Of a stretch of DNA of 64,000 nt, positions 1 to 16,700 are shown piece by piece. The stretch spans positions 7,998,001-8,062,000 of the forward strand of contig CM022674.1 of the NCBI GenBank assembly GCA_012295275.1. Reading direction: 5' to 3'. Made by a program: the position numbers and the translations under genes. The notes beneath the pieces were generated by a model. It saw only the letters and a program-made list of their open reading frames with translations. It ran no database searches and had not been told where the DNA came from. Position 1 is the first letter of the stretch; every line of letters starts with the position of its first letter. This DNA comes from Chrysomallon squamiferum (taxonomy: Eukaryota > Animalia > Mollusca).

Positions 1-142
<142 letters not shown>

Positions 143-219
143 CACACACAGCCTTACACATGGTCACCACTTGAACCTGTATTTTTGTTTGTGTTAAATT
201 GCTTGTTGCATTGTTTCAG

Positions 220-1651
220 GTTGGAGATCCGTATATTGACCATAGTTACTGGGGAAGACCGGAAGACATGAATATGTACAGACCGTCGTATCGTCTGACT
301 CCAGAACGACCAGGAAGTGACGTCATTGGTGAAACAGCAGCAGCAATGGCTGCAGGATATATTGCTTTCAAGAAAAAAGGTACTATTTTTTTGCGTAGTT
401 TTTACCTGTGACGTGTTCTTTATTAATTTGTTTTAAAATAAAATCATAAACTTTGATATTATTTAATAATATAAGGTATATAAAAATATATATATTTTCA
501 CTGCTGATTTCAATATTTAATAAATTAGTATAAAAAAATTTATACGGTGAAATAATTGTTTTTTTTTCTTTATACATGAGAATTAAAACATTTCAATTGT
601 TATTGTTATTACTGTTGTTGTTGTTGAATTTATTTATTTATTTATCTTGTTGTTGTTACAAATGATAAATCACATAATAAGTAACATTTCCTGGAAATAA
701 CAGTTGCTGAAATCCAAATTCCCGTGTATTTAGAGCTCAGTACACAATCATATCTACGACATTAACATCATTACGCTGTTGTCAGTATAATTATACATCT
801 AGGTCAAAAAATCACCTCTGACCATTTTTAACAACACATTTTATTTGAATAACGTAACTTATTGTAATTTATTAAAACAGACCCTGATTATGCGTACGAA
901 CTGCTGCGTCACGCTGAGGAACTGTACGAGTTCGCAGAGCGGTACCAGGGTCGATACAGCGACAGCATTCCCATCGTGCAGGAGTTTTACGAGTAAGTAA
1001 AATCAGCGATCTGCTTCAAACAACATTACGTTCAGAGTCGCAACAGAATCTCTGCCTTGGGCTGACAATAGGTGTCATTCTAGCCGTGCTAGGATATTAC
1101 ATAATGTACGTAATGGTGTGGCTATGACGTCATCACAGACACCATACTAGATAAAAGAAGGCCTATGGTGTCACCTCAAGACAGTATCAGTGTTAGAAAA
1201 CTTGTAATATATAGATATGTATGTCACTGCTATGTAATGATATGTCACTGTTTCACAGTTCTGGGACAATATCTTTATCAGTTACTTCGACACTTGTTGA
1301 CAGACTATATAACACTGTTTTGTTAAGTTTTATTTCTGGCTTCAGAGAAATGCAGTATTTTGTTGAAGTATTCTTAGTGACATTATAGCGCATTGTCATT
1401 TTGGCTCTGCGAATATTATATATATAAGTAATAAATTTAAAAAAAAAAAAAAAAATAATAATAATAATAATAAAATATTTACGATCGTGGTAAAATATAT
1501 AGCATCAAAATTAATAAACTTTTAAAATATTCTAAGTTCAGTGATCAAAGTGCAAAAACATTAATATGATTCTCTAGTAGCTTAGTTGTTTATTGTTATT
1601 ATTATATTAAATAATACCTATAAAAACAACTAAGTTGAAGACCGTATCTTT

Positions 1652-1728
<77 letters not shown>

Positions 1729-4700
1729 AATATATATATGTTAAAGTGTTAAAACTGATTGTTTTGTTGAGCAGGTCGAGTGGTTATCGCGATGAACTGT
1801 CGTGGGCTGCTGCCTGGCTCTACAAAGCGACGTCGTTGAGGAAGTACCTCGTTGCTGCTGACAGAAACTACGACAGGGGCGCATGTTGGTCTCAGTCCTG
1901 GGATGAAAAACGAGCTGGAGCCATGGTCAGTGTGTCATATGTATTAAATAATCAATAACATTGTTATTTAGTATAACAATAACAGAGTTATTTAGTATAA
2001 CACAAACATTGTTATTTAGTATAACACAAACATTGTTATTTAGTATAACAAACATTGTTATTTAGTATAACAAGAACAGAGTTATTTAGTATAACACAAA
2101 CATTGTTATTTAGTATAACACAAACATTGTTATTTAGTATAACACAAACATTGTTATTTAGTATAACACAAACATTGTTATTTAGTATAACACAAACATT
2201 GTTATTTAGTATAACAAAAACAAACATATTTAGTATATAACACAAACATTGTTATTTAGTATAACAATAACATTGTTATTTAGTATAACACAAACATTGT
2301 TATTTAGTATAAACAAAACATTGTTATTTAGTATAAAAAACATTGTTATTTAGTATAACAAAAACATTGTTATTTAGTATAACACAAACATTGTTATTTA
2401 GTATAACACAAACATTGTTATTTAGTATAACACAAACATTGTTATTTAGTATAACAAGAACAGAGTTATTTAGTATAACACAAACATTGTTATTTAGTAT
2501 AACACAAAACATTGTTATTTTTAGTATAACACAAAACATTGTTATTTAGTATAACACAAACATTGTTATTTAGTATAACACAAACATTGTTATTTAGTAT
2601 AACAATAACAGAGTTATTTAGTATAACACAAACATTGTTATTTAGTATAACACAAACATTGTTATTTAGTATAACACAAACATTGTTATTTAGTATAACA
2701 CAAACATTGTTATTTAGTATAACACAAACATTGTTATTTAGTATAACACAAACATTGTTATTTTATTTAACAAACACAAACATTGTTATTTAGTATAACA
2801 CAAACATTGTTATTTAGTATAACACAAACATTGTTATTTAGTATAACACAAACATTGTTATTTAGTATAACACAAACATTGTTATTTAGTATAACACAAA
2901 CATTGTTATTTAGTATAACACAAACATTGTTATTTAGTATAACACAAACATTGTTATTTAGTATAACACAAACATTGTTATTTAGTATAACACAAACATT
3001 GTTATTTAGTATAACACAAAACATTGTTATTTAGTATAACAAGAACAGAGTTATTTAGTATAACACAAACATTGTTATTTAACACAAACATAATTTACAA
3101 ACATTGTTATTTAGTATAACACAAAAACATTGTTATTTAGTATAACACAAACATTGTTATTTAGTATAACACAAACATTGTTATTTAGTATAACACAAAC
3201 ATTGTTATTTAGTATAACACAAACATTGTTATTTAGTATAACACAAACATTGTTATTTAGTATAACACAAACATTGTTATTTAGTATAACACAAACATTG
3301 TTATTTAGTATAACACAAACATTGTTATTTAGTATAACACAAACATTGTTATTTAGTATAACACAAACATTGTTATTTAGTATAACACAAACATTGTTAT
3401 TTAGTATAACACAAACATTGTTATTTAGTATAACACAAACATTGTTATTTAGTATAACAACAAACATTGTTATTTAGTATAACAACAAAACATTGTTATT
3501 TAGTATATACACAAACATTGTTATTTAGTATAACACAAACATTGTTATTTAGTATAACACAAACATTGTTATTTAGTATAACACAAACATTGTTATTTAG
3601 TATAACACAAACATTGTTATTTAGTATAACACAAACATTGTTATTTAGTATAACACAAACATTGTTATTTAGTATAACACAAAACATTGTTATTTAGTAT
3701 AACACAAACATTGTTATTTAGTATAACACAAAACATTGTTATTTAGTATAACAACAAAACATTGTTATTTAGTATAACACAAACATTGTTATTTAGTATA
3801 ACACAAACATTGTTATTTAGTATAACACAAACATTGTTGTTATTTAGTATAACACAAACATTGTTATTTAGTATAACACAAACATTGTTATTTAGTATAA
3901 CACAAACATTGTTATTTAGTATAACACAAACATTGTTATTTAGTATAACACAAACATTGTTATTTATTTAGTATAACACAAACATTGTTATTTAGTATAA
4001 CACAAACATTGTTATTTAGTATAACACAAACATTGTTATTTAGTATAACACAAACATTGTTATTTAGTATAAACACAAACATTGTTATTTAGTTATAACA
4101 CAAAACATTGTTATTTAGTATAACACAAACATTGTTATTTAGTATAACACAAACATTGTTATTTAGTATAACACAAACATTGTTATTTAGTATAACACAA
4201 ACATTGTTATTTAGTATAACACAAACATTGTTATTTAGTATAACACAAACATTGTTATTTAGTATAACACAAAAATTGTTATTTAGTATAACACAAACAT
4301 TGTTATTTATTTAACACAAACATTGTTATTTAGTATAACACAAACATTTGTTATTTAGTATAACACAAACATTGTTATTTAGTATAACACAAACATTGTT
4401 ATTTTTAGTATAACACAAACATTGTTATTTAGTATAACACAAACATTGTTATTTAGTATAACACAAACATTGTTATTTAGTATAACACAAACATTGTTAT
4501 TTAGTATAACACAAACATTGTTATTTAGTATAATAATAAAAGAGTTATTTAGTATAACACAAACATTGTTATTTAGTATAACACAAACATTGTTATTTAG
4601 TATAACACAAACATTGTTATTTAGTATAACACAAACATTGTTATTTAGTATAACACAAACATTGTTATTTAGTATAACACAAACATTGTTATTTAGTATA

Positions 4701-7700
4701 ACACAAACATTGTTATTTAGTATAACACAAACATTGTTATTTAGTATAACAACAAAACATTGTTATTTAGTATAACACAAACATTGTTATTTAGTATAAC
4801 ACAAAATTTGTTATTTAGTATAACACAAACATTGTTATTTAGTATAACACAAACATTGTTATTTAGTATAACACAAACATTGTTATTTAGTATAACAAAA
4901 ATTGTTATTTAGTATAACACAAACATTGTTATTTAGTATAACACAAACATTGTTATTTAGTATAACACAAACATTGTTATTTAGTATAACACAAACATTG
5001 TTATTTAGTATAACACAAACATTGTTATTTAGTATAACACAAAACATTGTTATTTAGTATAACACAAACATTGTTATTTAGTATAACACAAACATTGTTA
5101 TTTAGTATAACACAAACATTGTTATTTAGTATAACACAAACATTGTTGTTATTTAGTATAACACAAACATTGTTATTTAGTATAACACAAACATTGTTAT
5201 TTAGTATAAACACAAACATTGTTATTTAGTATAAACACAAACATTGTTATTTAGTATAACACAAACATTGTTATTTAGTATAACACAAACATTGTTATTT
5301 AGTATAACACAAACATTGTTATTTAGTATAACACAAACATTGTTATTTAGTATAACACAAACATTGTTATTTTGGTATAACACAAACATTGTTATTTAGT
5401 ATAACACAAACATTGTTATTTAGTATAACACAAACATTGTTATTTAGTATAACACAAACATTGTTATTTATTTAGTATAACACAAACATTGTTATTTAGT
5501 ATAACACAAACATTGTTATTTAGTATAACACAAACATTGTTATTTAGTATAACACAAACATTGTTATTTAGTATAACACAAACATTGTTATTTAGTATAA
5601 CACAAACATTGTTATTTAGTATAACACAAACATTGTTATTTAGTATAACACAAAAATAGTTATTTAGTATAAAAACAAACATTGTTATTTAGTATAACAC
5701 AAACATTGTTATTTAGTATAACACAAACATTGTTATTTAGTATAACACAAACATAACACAAAAACATTGTTATTTAGTATAACACAAACATTGTTATTTA
5801 TTTAGTATAACACAAACATTGTTATTTAGTATAACACAAACATTGTTATTTAGTATAACACAAACATTGTTATTTAGTATAACAAGAACAGAGTTATTTA
5901 GTATAACACAAACATTGTTATTTAGTATAACACAAACATTGTTATTTAGTATAACACAAACATTGTTATTTAGTATAACACAAACATTGTTATTTAGTAT
6001 AACACAAACATTGTTATTTAGTATAACACAAACATTGTTATTTAGTATAACACAAACATTGTTATTTATTGTTATTAACACAAAACATTGTTATTTTAGT
6101 ATAACAACAAAACATTGTTATTTAGTATAAACAAACATTGTTATTTAGTATAACACAAAACATTGTTATTTAGTATAACACAAACATTGTTATTTAGTAT
6201 AACACAAACATTGTTATTTTTAGTATAACAACAAACATTGTTGTTATTTAGTATAACACAAACATTGTTATTTAGTATAACACAAACATTGTTATTTAGT
6301 ATAACACAAACATTGTTATTTAGTATAACACAAACATTGTTATTTAGTATAACACAAACATTGTTATTTAGTATAACACAAACATTGTTATTTAGTATAA
6401 CACAAAACATTGTTATTTAGTATAACACAAACATTGTTATTTAGTATAACACAAACATTGTTATTTAGTATAACACAAACATTGTTATTTAGTATAACAC
6501 AAACATTGTTATTTAGTATAACACAAACATTGTTATTTAGTATAACACAAACATTGTTATTTAGTATAACACAAACATTGTTATTTAGTATAACACAAAC
6601 ATTGTTATTTAGTATAACACAAACATTGTTATTTAGTATAACACAAACATTGTTATTTAGTATAACACAAACATTGTTATTTAGTATAACACAAACATTG
6701 TTATTTAGTATAACACAAACATTGTTATTTAGTATAACACAAACATTGTTATTTAGTATAACACAAACATTGTTATTTAGTATAACACAAACATTGTTAT
6801 TTAGTATAACACAAACATTGTTATTTAGTATAACACAAACATTGTTATTTAGTATAACACAAACATTGTTATTTAGTATAACACAAACATTGTTATTTAG
6901 TATAACACAAACATTGTTATTTAGTATAACACAAACATTGTTATTTAGTATAAAACATTGTTATTTAGTATAACACAAAACATTTATTTTAGTATAACAA
7001 CAAAACATTGTTATTTAGTATAACACAAACATTGTTATTTTTAGTATAACACAAACATTGTTATTTAGTATAACACAAACATTGTTATTTATTTAGTATA
7101 ACACAAACATTGTTATTTAGTATAACAACAACAAACATTTAGTTAACACAAACAAACATTGTTTTACAACAAAAACATTGTTATTTAGTATAACACAAAC
7201 ATTGTTATTTAGTATAACACAAACATTGTTATTTAGTATAACACAAACATTGTTATTTAGCATAACACAAACATTGTTATTTTGGTATAACACAAACATT
7301 GTTATTTAGTATAACACAAACATTGTTATTTAGTATAACACAAACATTGTTATTTAGTATAACACAAACATTGTTATTTAGTATAACACAAACATTGTTA
7401 TTTAGTATAACACAAACATTGTTATTTAGTATAACACAAACATTGTTATTTAGTATAACACAAACATTGTTATTTAGTATAACACAAACATTGTTATTTA
7501 GTATAACACAAACATTGTTATTTAGTATAATAATAAAAGAGTTATTTAGTATAACACAAACATTGTTATTTAGTATAACACAAACATTGTTATTTAGTAT
7601 AACACAAACATTGTTATTTAGTATAACACAAACATTGTTATTTAGTATAACACAAACATTGTTATTTAGTATAACACAAACATTGTTATTTAGTATAACA

Positions 7701-10700
7701 CAAACATTGTTATTTTGGTATAACACAAACAAACATTGTTATTTAGTATAACACAAACATTGTTATTTAGTATAACAATAACAGAGTTATTTATATAACA
7801 CAAACATTGTTATTTAGTATAACACAAACATTGTTATCTAGTATAACACAAAAATTGTTATTTAGTATAACACAAACATTGTTATTTAGTATAACACAAA
7901 CATTGTTATTTAGTATAACACAAACATTGTTATTTTGTATAACACAAACATTGTTATTTAGTATAACACAAACATTGTTATTTAGTATAACACAAACATT
8001 GTTATTTAGTATAACACAAACATTGTTATTTAGTATAACACAAACATTGTTATTTAGTATAACACAAACATTGTTATTTAGTATAACACAAACATTGTTA
8101 TTTGTGTATAACACAAACATTGTTATTTAGTATAATATAACAAACATTGTTATTTAGTATAACACAAACATTGTTATTTAGTATAACACAAACATTGTTA
8201 TTTAGTATAACACAAACATTGTTATTTAGTATAACACAAACATTGTTATTTAGTATAACACAAACATTGTTATTTAGTATAACACAAACATTGTTATTTA
8301 GTATAACACAAACATTGTTATTTAGTATAACACAAACATTGTTATTTAGTATAACACAAACATTGTTATTTAGTATAACACAAATTGTTATTTAGTTATT
8401 TAGTTATTTAACAAAAAAGAGTTATTTAGTATAACACAAACATTGTTATTTAGTATAACACAAACATTGTTATTTAGTATAACACAAACATTGTTATTTA
8501 GTATAACACAAACATTGTTATTTAGTATAACACAAACATTGTTATTTAGTATAATACAAACATTTAGTATATTTAGTATAACATAAAAACATTGTTATTT
8601 AGTATAACACAAACATTGTTATTTAGTATAACACAAACATTGTTATTTTGGTATAACACAAACATTGTTATTTAGTATAACACAAACATTGTTATTTAGT
8701 ATAACACAAACATTGTTATTTAGTATAACACAAACATTGTTATTTAGTATAACACAAACATTGTTATTTAGTATAACACAAACATTGTTATTTAGTATAA
8801 CACAAACATTGTTATTTAGTATAACACAAACATTGTTATTTAGTATAACACAAACATTGTTATTTAGTATAACACAAACATTGTTATTTAGTATAACACA
8901 AACATTGTTATTTAGTATAACAAAACAAACAACATTGTTATTTAGTATAACACAAACATTGTTATTTAGTATAACACAAACATTGTTATTTAGTATAACA
9001 CAAACATTGTTATTTAGTATAACAATAAAAGAGTTATTTAGTATAACACAAACATTGTTATTTAGTATAACACAAACATTGTTATTTAGTATAACACAAA
9101 CATTGTTATTTAGTATAACACAAACATTGTTATTTAGTATAACACAAACATTGTTGTTATTTAGTATAACACAAACATTGTTATTTAGTATAACACAAAC
9201 ATTGTTATTTAGTATAACACAAACATTGTTATTTAGTATAACACAAACATTGTTATTTAGTATAACACAAACATTGTTATTTAGTATAACACAAACATTG
9301 TTATTTAGTATTTGTTATTTAGTATAACACAAAACATTGTTATTTAGTATAACACAAACATTGTTATTTAGTATAACACAAACATTGTTATTTAGTATAA
9401 CACAAACATTGTTATTTAGTATAACACAAACATTGTTATTTAGTATAACACAAACATTGTTATTTATAACACAAACATTGTTATAACACAAAACATTGTT
9501 ATTTAGTATAACACAAACATTGTTATTTAGTATAACACAAACATTGTTATTTAGTATAACACAAAACATTGTTATTTAGTATAACACAAACATTGTTATT
9601 TAGTATAACACAAACATTGTTATTTAGTATAACACAAACATTGTTATTTAGTATAACACAAACATTGTTATTTAGTATAACACAAACATTGTTATTTAGT
9701 ATAACACAAACATTGTTATTTAGTATAACACAAACATTGTTATTTAGTATAACACAAACATTGTTATTTAGTATAACACAAACATTGTTATTTAGTATAA
9801 CACAAACATTGTTATTTAGTATAACACAAACATTGTTATTTAGTATAACACAAACATTGTTATTTAGTATAACACAAACATTGTTATTTAGTATAACACA
9901 AACATTGTTATTTAGTATAACACAAACATTGTTATTTAGTATAACACAAACATTGTTATTTAGTATAACACAAACATTGTTATTTAGTATAACACAAAAA
10001 TTGTTATTTTGTATAACACAAACATTGTTATTTAGTATAACAAAACATTGTTATTTAGTATAACACAAACATTGTTATTTAGTATAACACAAACATTGTT
10101 ATTTAGTATAACACAAACATTGTTATTTAGTATAACACAAACATTGTTATTTAGTATAACACAAACATTGTTATTTAGTATAACACAAACATTGTTATTT
10201 AGTATAATAAACACAAACATTGTTATTTAGTATAACAAGAACATTGTTATTTAGTATAACACAAACATTGTTATTTAGTATAACACAAACATTGTTATTT
10301 AGTATAACACAAACATTGTTATTTTGGTATAACACAAACATTGTTATTTAGTATAACACAAACATTGTTATTTAGTATAACACAAACATTGTTATTTAGT
10401 ATAACACAAACATTGTTATTTAGTATAACACAAACATTGTTATTTAGTATAACACAAACATTGTTATTTAGTATAACACAAACATTGTTATTTAGTATAA
10501 CTCAAACATTGTTATTTAGTATAACACAAACATTGTTATTTAGTATAACACAAACATTGTTATTTAGTATAACACAAACATTGTTATTTAGTATAACACA
10601 AACATTGTTATTTAGTATAACACAAACATTGTTATTTAGTATAACACAAACATTGTTATTTAGTATAACACAAACATTGTTATTTAGTATAACACAAACA

Positions 10701-13700
10701 TTGTTATTTAGTATAAGAAGAACAGTTATTTAGTATAACACAAACATTGTTATTTAGTATAACACAAACATTGTTATTTAGTATAACACAAACATTGTTA
10801 TTTAGTATAACACAAACATTGTTATTTAGTATAACACAAACATTGTTATTTAGTATAACACAAACATTGTTATTTAGTATAACACAAACATTGTTATTTA
10901 GTATAACACAAACATTGTTATTTAGTATAACACAAACATTGTTATTTAGTATAACACAAACATTGTTATTTAGTATAACACAAACATTGTTATTTAGTAT
11001 AACACAAACATTGTTATTTAGTATAACACAAACATTGTTATTTAGTATAACACAAACATTGTTATTTAGTATAACACAAACATTGTTATTTAGTATAACA
11101 CAAACATTGTTATTTAGTATAACACAAACATTGTTATTTAGTATAACACAAACATTGTTATTTAGTATAACACAAAACATTGTTATTTAGTATAACACAA
11201 ACATTGTTATTTAGTATAACACAAAACATTGTTATTTAGTATAACACAAACATTGTTATTTAGTATAACACAAAAACATTGTTATTATAACACAAACATT
11301 GTTATTTAGTATAACACAAACATTGTTATTTAGTATAACACAAAACACAAACATTGTTATTTAGTATAACACAAACATTGTTATTTAGTATAACACAAAC
11401 ATTGTTATTTAGTATAACACAAACATTGTTATTTAGTATAACACAAACATTGTTATTTAGTATAACACAAACATTGTTATTTAGTATAACACAAACATTG
11501 TTATTTAGTATAACACAAACATTGTTATTTAGTATAACACAAAACATTGTTATTTAGTANNNNNNNNNNNNNNNNNNNNNNNNNNNNNNNNNNNNNNNNN
11601 NNNNNNNNNNNNNNNNNNNNNNNNNNNNNNNNNNNNNNNNNNNNNNNNNNNNNNNNNNNNNNNNNNNNNNNNNNNNNNNNNNNNNNNNNNNNNNNNNNNN
11701 NNNNNNNNNNNNNNNNNNNNNNNNNNNNNNNNNNNNNNNNNNNNNNNNNNNNNNNNNNNAGCATTAGTTATAAACACAAACACTGTTTATTTTAGTATAA
11801 CACAAACATTGTTATTTAGTATAACACAAACATTGTTATTTAGTATAACACAAAAATTGTTATTTAGTATAATAATAAAAGAGTTATTTAGTATAAAAAC
11901 AAACATTGTTATTTAGTATAACACAAACATTGTTATTTAGTATAACACAAACATTGTTATTTAGTATAACACAAACATTGTTATTTAGTATAACACAAAC
12001 ATTGTTATTTAGTATAATAATAAAAGAGTTATTTAGTATAACACAAACATTGTTATTTAGTATAACACAAACATTGTTATTTAGTATAACACAAACATTG
12101 TTATTTAGTATAACACAAACATTGTTATTTAGTATAACACAAACATTGTTATTTAGTATAACAAGAACAGAGTTATTTAGTATAACACAAACATTGTTAT
12201 TTAGTATAACACAAACATTGTTATTTAGTATAACACAAACATTGTTATTTAGTATAACACAAACATTGTTATTTAGTATAACACAAAACATTGTTATTTT
12301 TAACACAAAACATTGTTATATAACACAAAACATTGTTATTTAGTATAACACAAACATTGTTATTTAGTATAACACAAACATTGTTATTTAGTATAACACA
12401 AACATTGTTATTTAGTATAACACAAACATTGTTATTTAGTATAACACAAACATTGTTATTTAGTATAACACAAACATTGTTATTTAGTATAACACAAACA
12501 TTGTTATTTAGTATAACACAAACATTGTTATTTAGTATAACACAAACATTGTTATATAGCATAACACAAACATTGTTATTTTGGTATAACACAAAAATTG
12601 TTAATTAGTATAACACAAACATTGTTATTTAGTATAACACAAACATTGTTATTTAGTATAACACAAACATTGTTATTTAGTATAACACAAACATTGTTAT
12701 TTAGTATAACACAAACATTGTTATTTAGTATAACACAAACATTGTTATTTAGTATAACACAAACATTGTTATTTAGTATAACACAAACATTGTTATTTAG
12801 TATAACACAAACATTGTTATTTAGTATAACACAAACATTGTTATTTAGTATAACACAAACATTGTTATTTAGTATAACAACAAAAACATAGTTATTTAGT
12901 ATAACACAAACATTGTTATTTAGTATAACACAAACATTGTTATTTAGTATAACACAAACATTGTTATTTAGTATAACACAAACATTGTTATTTAGTATAA
13001 CACAAACATTGTTATTTAGTATAACACAAACATTGTTATTTAGTATAACACAAAACATTGTTATTTAGTATAACACAAACATTGTTATTTAGTATAACAC
13101 AAACATTGTTATTTAGTATAACACAAACATTGTTATTTAGTATAACACAAACATTGTTATTTAGTATAACACAAACATTGTTATTTAGTATAACACAAAC
13201 ATTGTTATTTAGTATAACACAAACATTGTTATTTAGTATAACACAAACATTGTTATTTAGTATAACACAAAAACATTGTTATTTAGTATAACACAAACAT
13301 TGTTATTTAGTATAACACAAAACATTGTTATTTAGTATAACACAAACATTGTTATTTAGTATAACACAAACATTGTTATTTAGTATAACACAAACATTGT
13401 TATTTAGTATAACACAAACATTGTTATTTAGTATAACACAAACATTGTTATTTAGTATAACACAAACATTGTTATTTAGTATAACACAAACATTGTTATT
13501 TAGTATAACACAAACATTGTTATTTAGTATAACACAAACATTGTTATTTAGTATAACACAAACATTGTTATTTAGTATAATAATAAAAGAGTTATTTAGT
13601 ATAACACAAACATTGTTATTTAGTATAACACAAACATTGTTATTTAGTATAACACAAACATTGTTATTTAGTATAACACAAACATTGTTATTTAGTATAA

Positions 13701-16700
13701 CACAAACATTGTTATTTAGTATAACACAAACATTGTTATTTAGTATAACACAAACATTGTTATTTAGTATAACACAAACATTGTTATTTAGTATAACACA
13801 AACATTGTTATTTAGTATAACACAAAAATTGTTATTTAGTATAACACAAACATTGTTATTTAGTATAACACAAACATTGTTATTTAGTATAACACAAACA
13901 TTGTTATTTAGTATAACACAAACATTGTTATTTAGTATAACACAAACATTGTTATTTTGGTATAACACAAACATTGTTATTTAGTATAACACAAACATTG
14001 TTATTTTAGTATAACACAAACATTGTTATTTAGTATAACACAAACATTGTTATTTAGTATAACACAAACATTGTTATTTAGTATAACACAAACATTGTTA
14101 TTTAGTATAACACAAAACATTGTTATTTAGTATAACACAAACATTGTTATTTAGTATAACACAAACATTGTTATTTAGTATAACACAAACATTGTTATTT
14201 AGTATAACACAAACATTGTTATTTAGTATAACACAAACATTGTTATTTAGTATAACACAAACATTGTTATTTAGTATAACACAAACATTGTTATTTAGTA
14301 TAACACAAACATTGTTATTTAGTATAACACAAACATTGTTATTTAGTATAACACAAACATTGTTATTTAGTATAACACAAACATTGTTATTTAGTATAAA
14401 AACAAACATTGTTAACATTGTTATTTAGTATAACACAAACATTGTTATTTAGTATAACACAAACATTGTTATTTAGTATAACACAAACATTGTTATTTTT
14501 AGTATAACACAAACATTGTTATTTAGTATAACACAAACATTGTTATTTAGTATAACACAAACATTGTTATTTAGTATAACACAAACATTGTTATTTAGTA
14601 TAACACAAACATTGTTATTTAGTATAACACAAACATTGTTATTTAGTATAACACAAACATTGTTATTTAGTATAACACAAACATTGTTATTTAGTATAAC
14701 ACAAACATTGTTATTTAGTATAACACAAACATTGTTATTTAGTATAACACAAACATTGTTATTTAGTATAACACAAACATTGTTATTTAGTATAACACAA
14801 ACATTGTTATTTAGTATAACACAAACATTGTTATTTAGTATAACACAAACATTGTTATTTAGTATAACAAGAACAGAGTTATTTAGTATAACACAAACAT
14901 TGTTATTTAGTATAACACAAACATTGTTATTTAGTATAACACAAAAATTGTTATTTAGTATAACACAAACATTGTTATTTAGTATAACACAAACATTGTT
15001 ATTTAGTATAACAAGAACAGTTATTTAGTATAACACAAACATTGTTATTTAGTATAACACAAACATTGTTATTTAGTATAACACAAACATTGTTATTTAG
15101 TATAATAATAAACATTGTTATTTAGTATAACACAAACATTGTTATTTAGTATAACACAAAAACATTGTTATTTAGTATAACACAAACATTGTTATTTAGT
15201 ATAACACAAACATTGTTATCTAGTATAACAAACATTGTTATTTAGTATAACAAGAACAGAGTTATTTAGTATAACACAAACATTGTTATTTAGTATAACA
15301 CAAACATTGTTATTTAGTATAACACAAACATTGTTATTTAGTATAACACAAACATTGTTATTTAGTATAACACAAACATTGTTATTTAGTATAACACAAA
15401 CATTGTTATTTAGTATAACACAAACATTGTTATTTAGTATAACACAAACATTGTTATTTAGTATAACACAAACATTGTTATTTAGTATAATAACATAGTT
15501 ATTTAGTATAACACAAACATTGTTATTTAGTATAACACAAACATTGTTATTTAGTATAACACAAACATTGTTATTTAGTATAACACAAACATTGTTATTT
15601 AGTATAACACAAACATTGTTATTTAGTATAACACAAACATTGTTATTTAGTATAACACAAACATTGTTATTTAGTATAACACAAAACATTGTTATTTAGT
15701 ATAACACAAACATTGTTATTTAGTATAACACAAACATTGTTATTTAGTATAACACAAACATTGTTATTTAGTATAACACAAACATTGTTATTTAGTATAA
15801 CAAAACATTGTTATTTAGTATAACAAGAACATAGTTATTTAGTATAACACAAACATTGTTATTTAGTATAACACAAACATTGTTATTTAGTATAACACAA
15901 ACATTGTTATTTAGTATAACACAAACATTGTTATTTAGTATAACACAAACATTGTTATTTAGTATAACACAAACATTGTTATTTAGTATAACACAAACAT
16001 TGTTATTTAGTATAACACAAACATTGTTATTTAGTTATAAACACAAACATTGTTATTTAGTATAACACAAAACATTGTTATTTAGTATAACACAAACATT
16101 GTTATTTAGTATAACACAAACATTGTTATTTAGTATAACACAAACATTGTTATTTAGTATAACACAAACATTGTTATTTAGTATAACACAAACATTGTTA
16201 TTTAGTATAACACAAACATTGTTATTTAGTATAACACAAAATTTATTGTTATTTTATTTAGTATAACACAAACATTGTTATTTAGTATAACAAAAACATT
16301 GTTATTTAGTATAACACAAACATTGTTATTTATTATAACACAAACATTGTTATTTAGTATAACACAAACATTGTTATTTAGTATAACACAAACATTGTTA
16401 TTTAGTATAACACAAACATTGTTGTTATTTAGTATAACACAAACATTGTTATTTAGTATAAAAAACATTGTTATTTAGTATAACACAAACATTGTTATTT
16501 AGTATAACACAAACATTGTTATTTAGTATAACACAAACATTGTTATTTAGTATAACACAAACATTGTTATTTAGTATAACACAAACATTGTTATTTAGTA
16601 TAACACAAACATTGTTATTTAGTATAACACAAACATTGTTATTTAGTATAACACAAACATTGTTATTTAGTATAACACAAACATTGTTATTTAGTATAAC

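Noticed and set aside
1138-1172. Short inverted repeat GACACCATA...TATGGTGTC in a GH9 intron
   Set aside because: A 9-bp stem only, too weak to call an ncRNA or element.
11525-11795. Poly-X ORFs
   Set aside because: Translation of the N gap.
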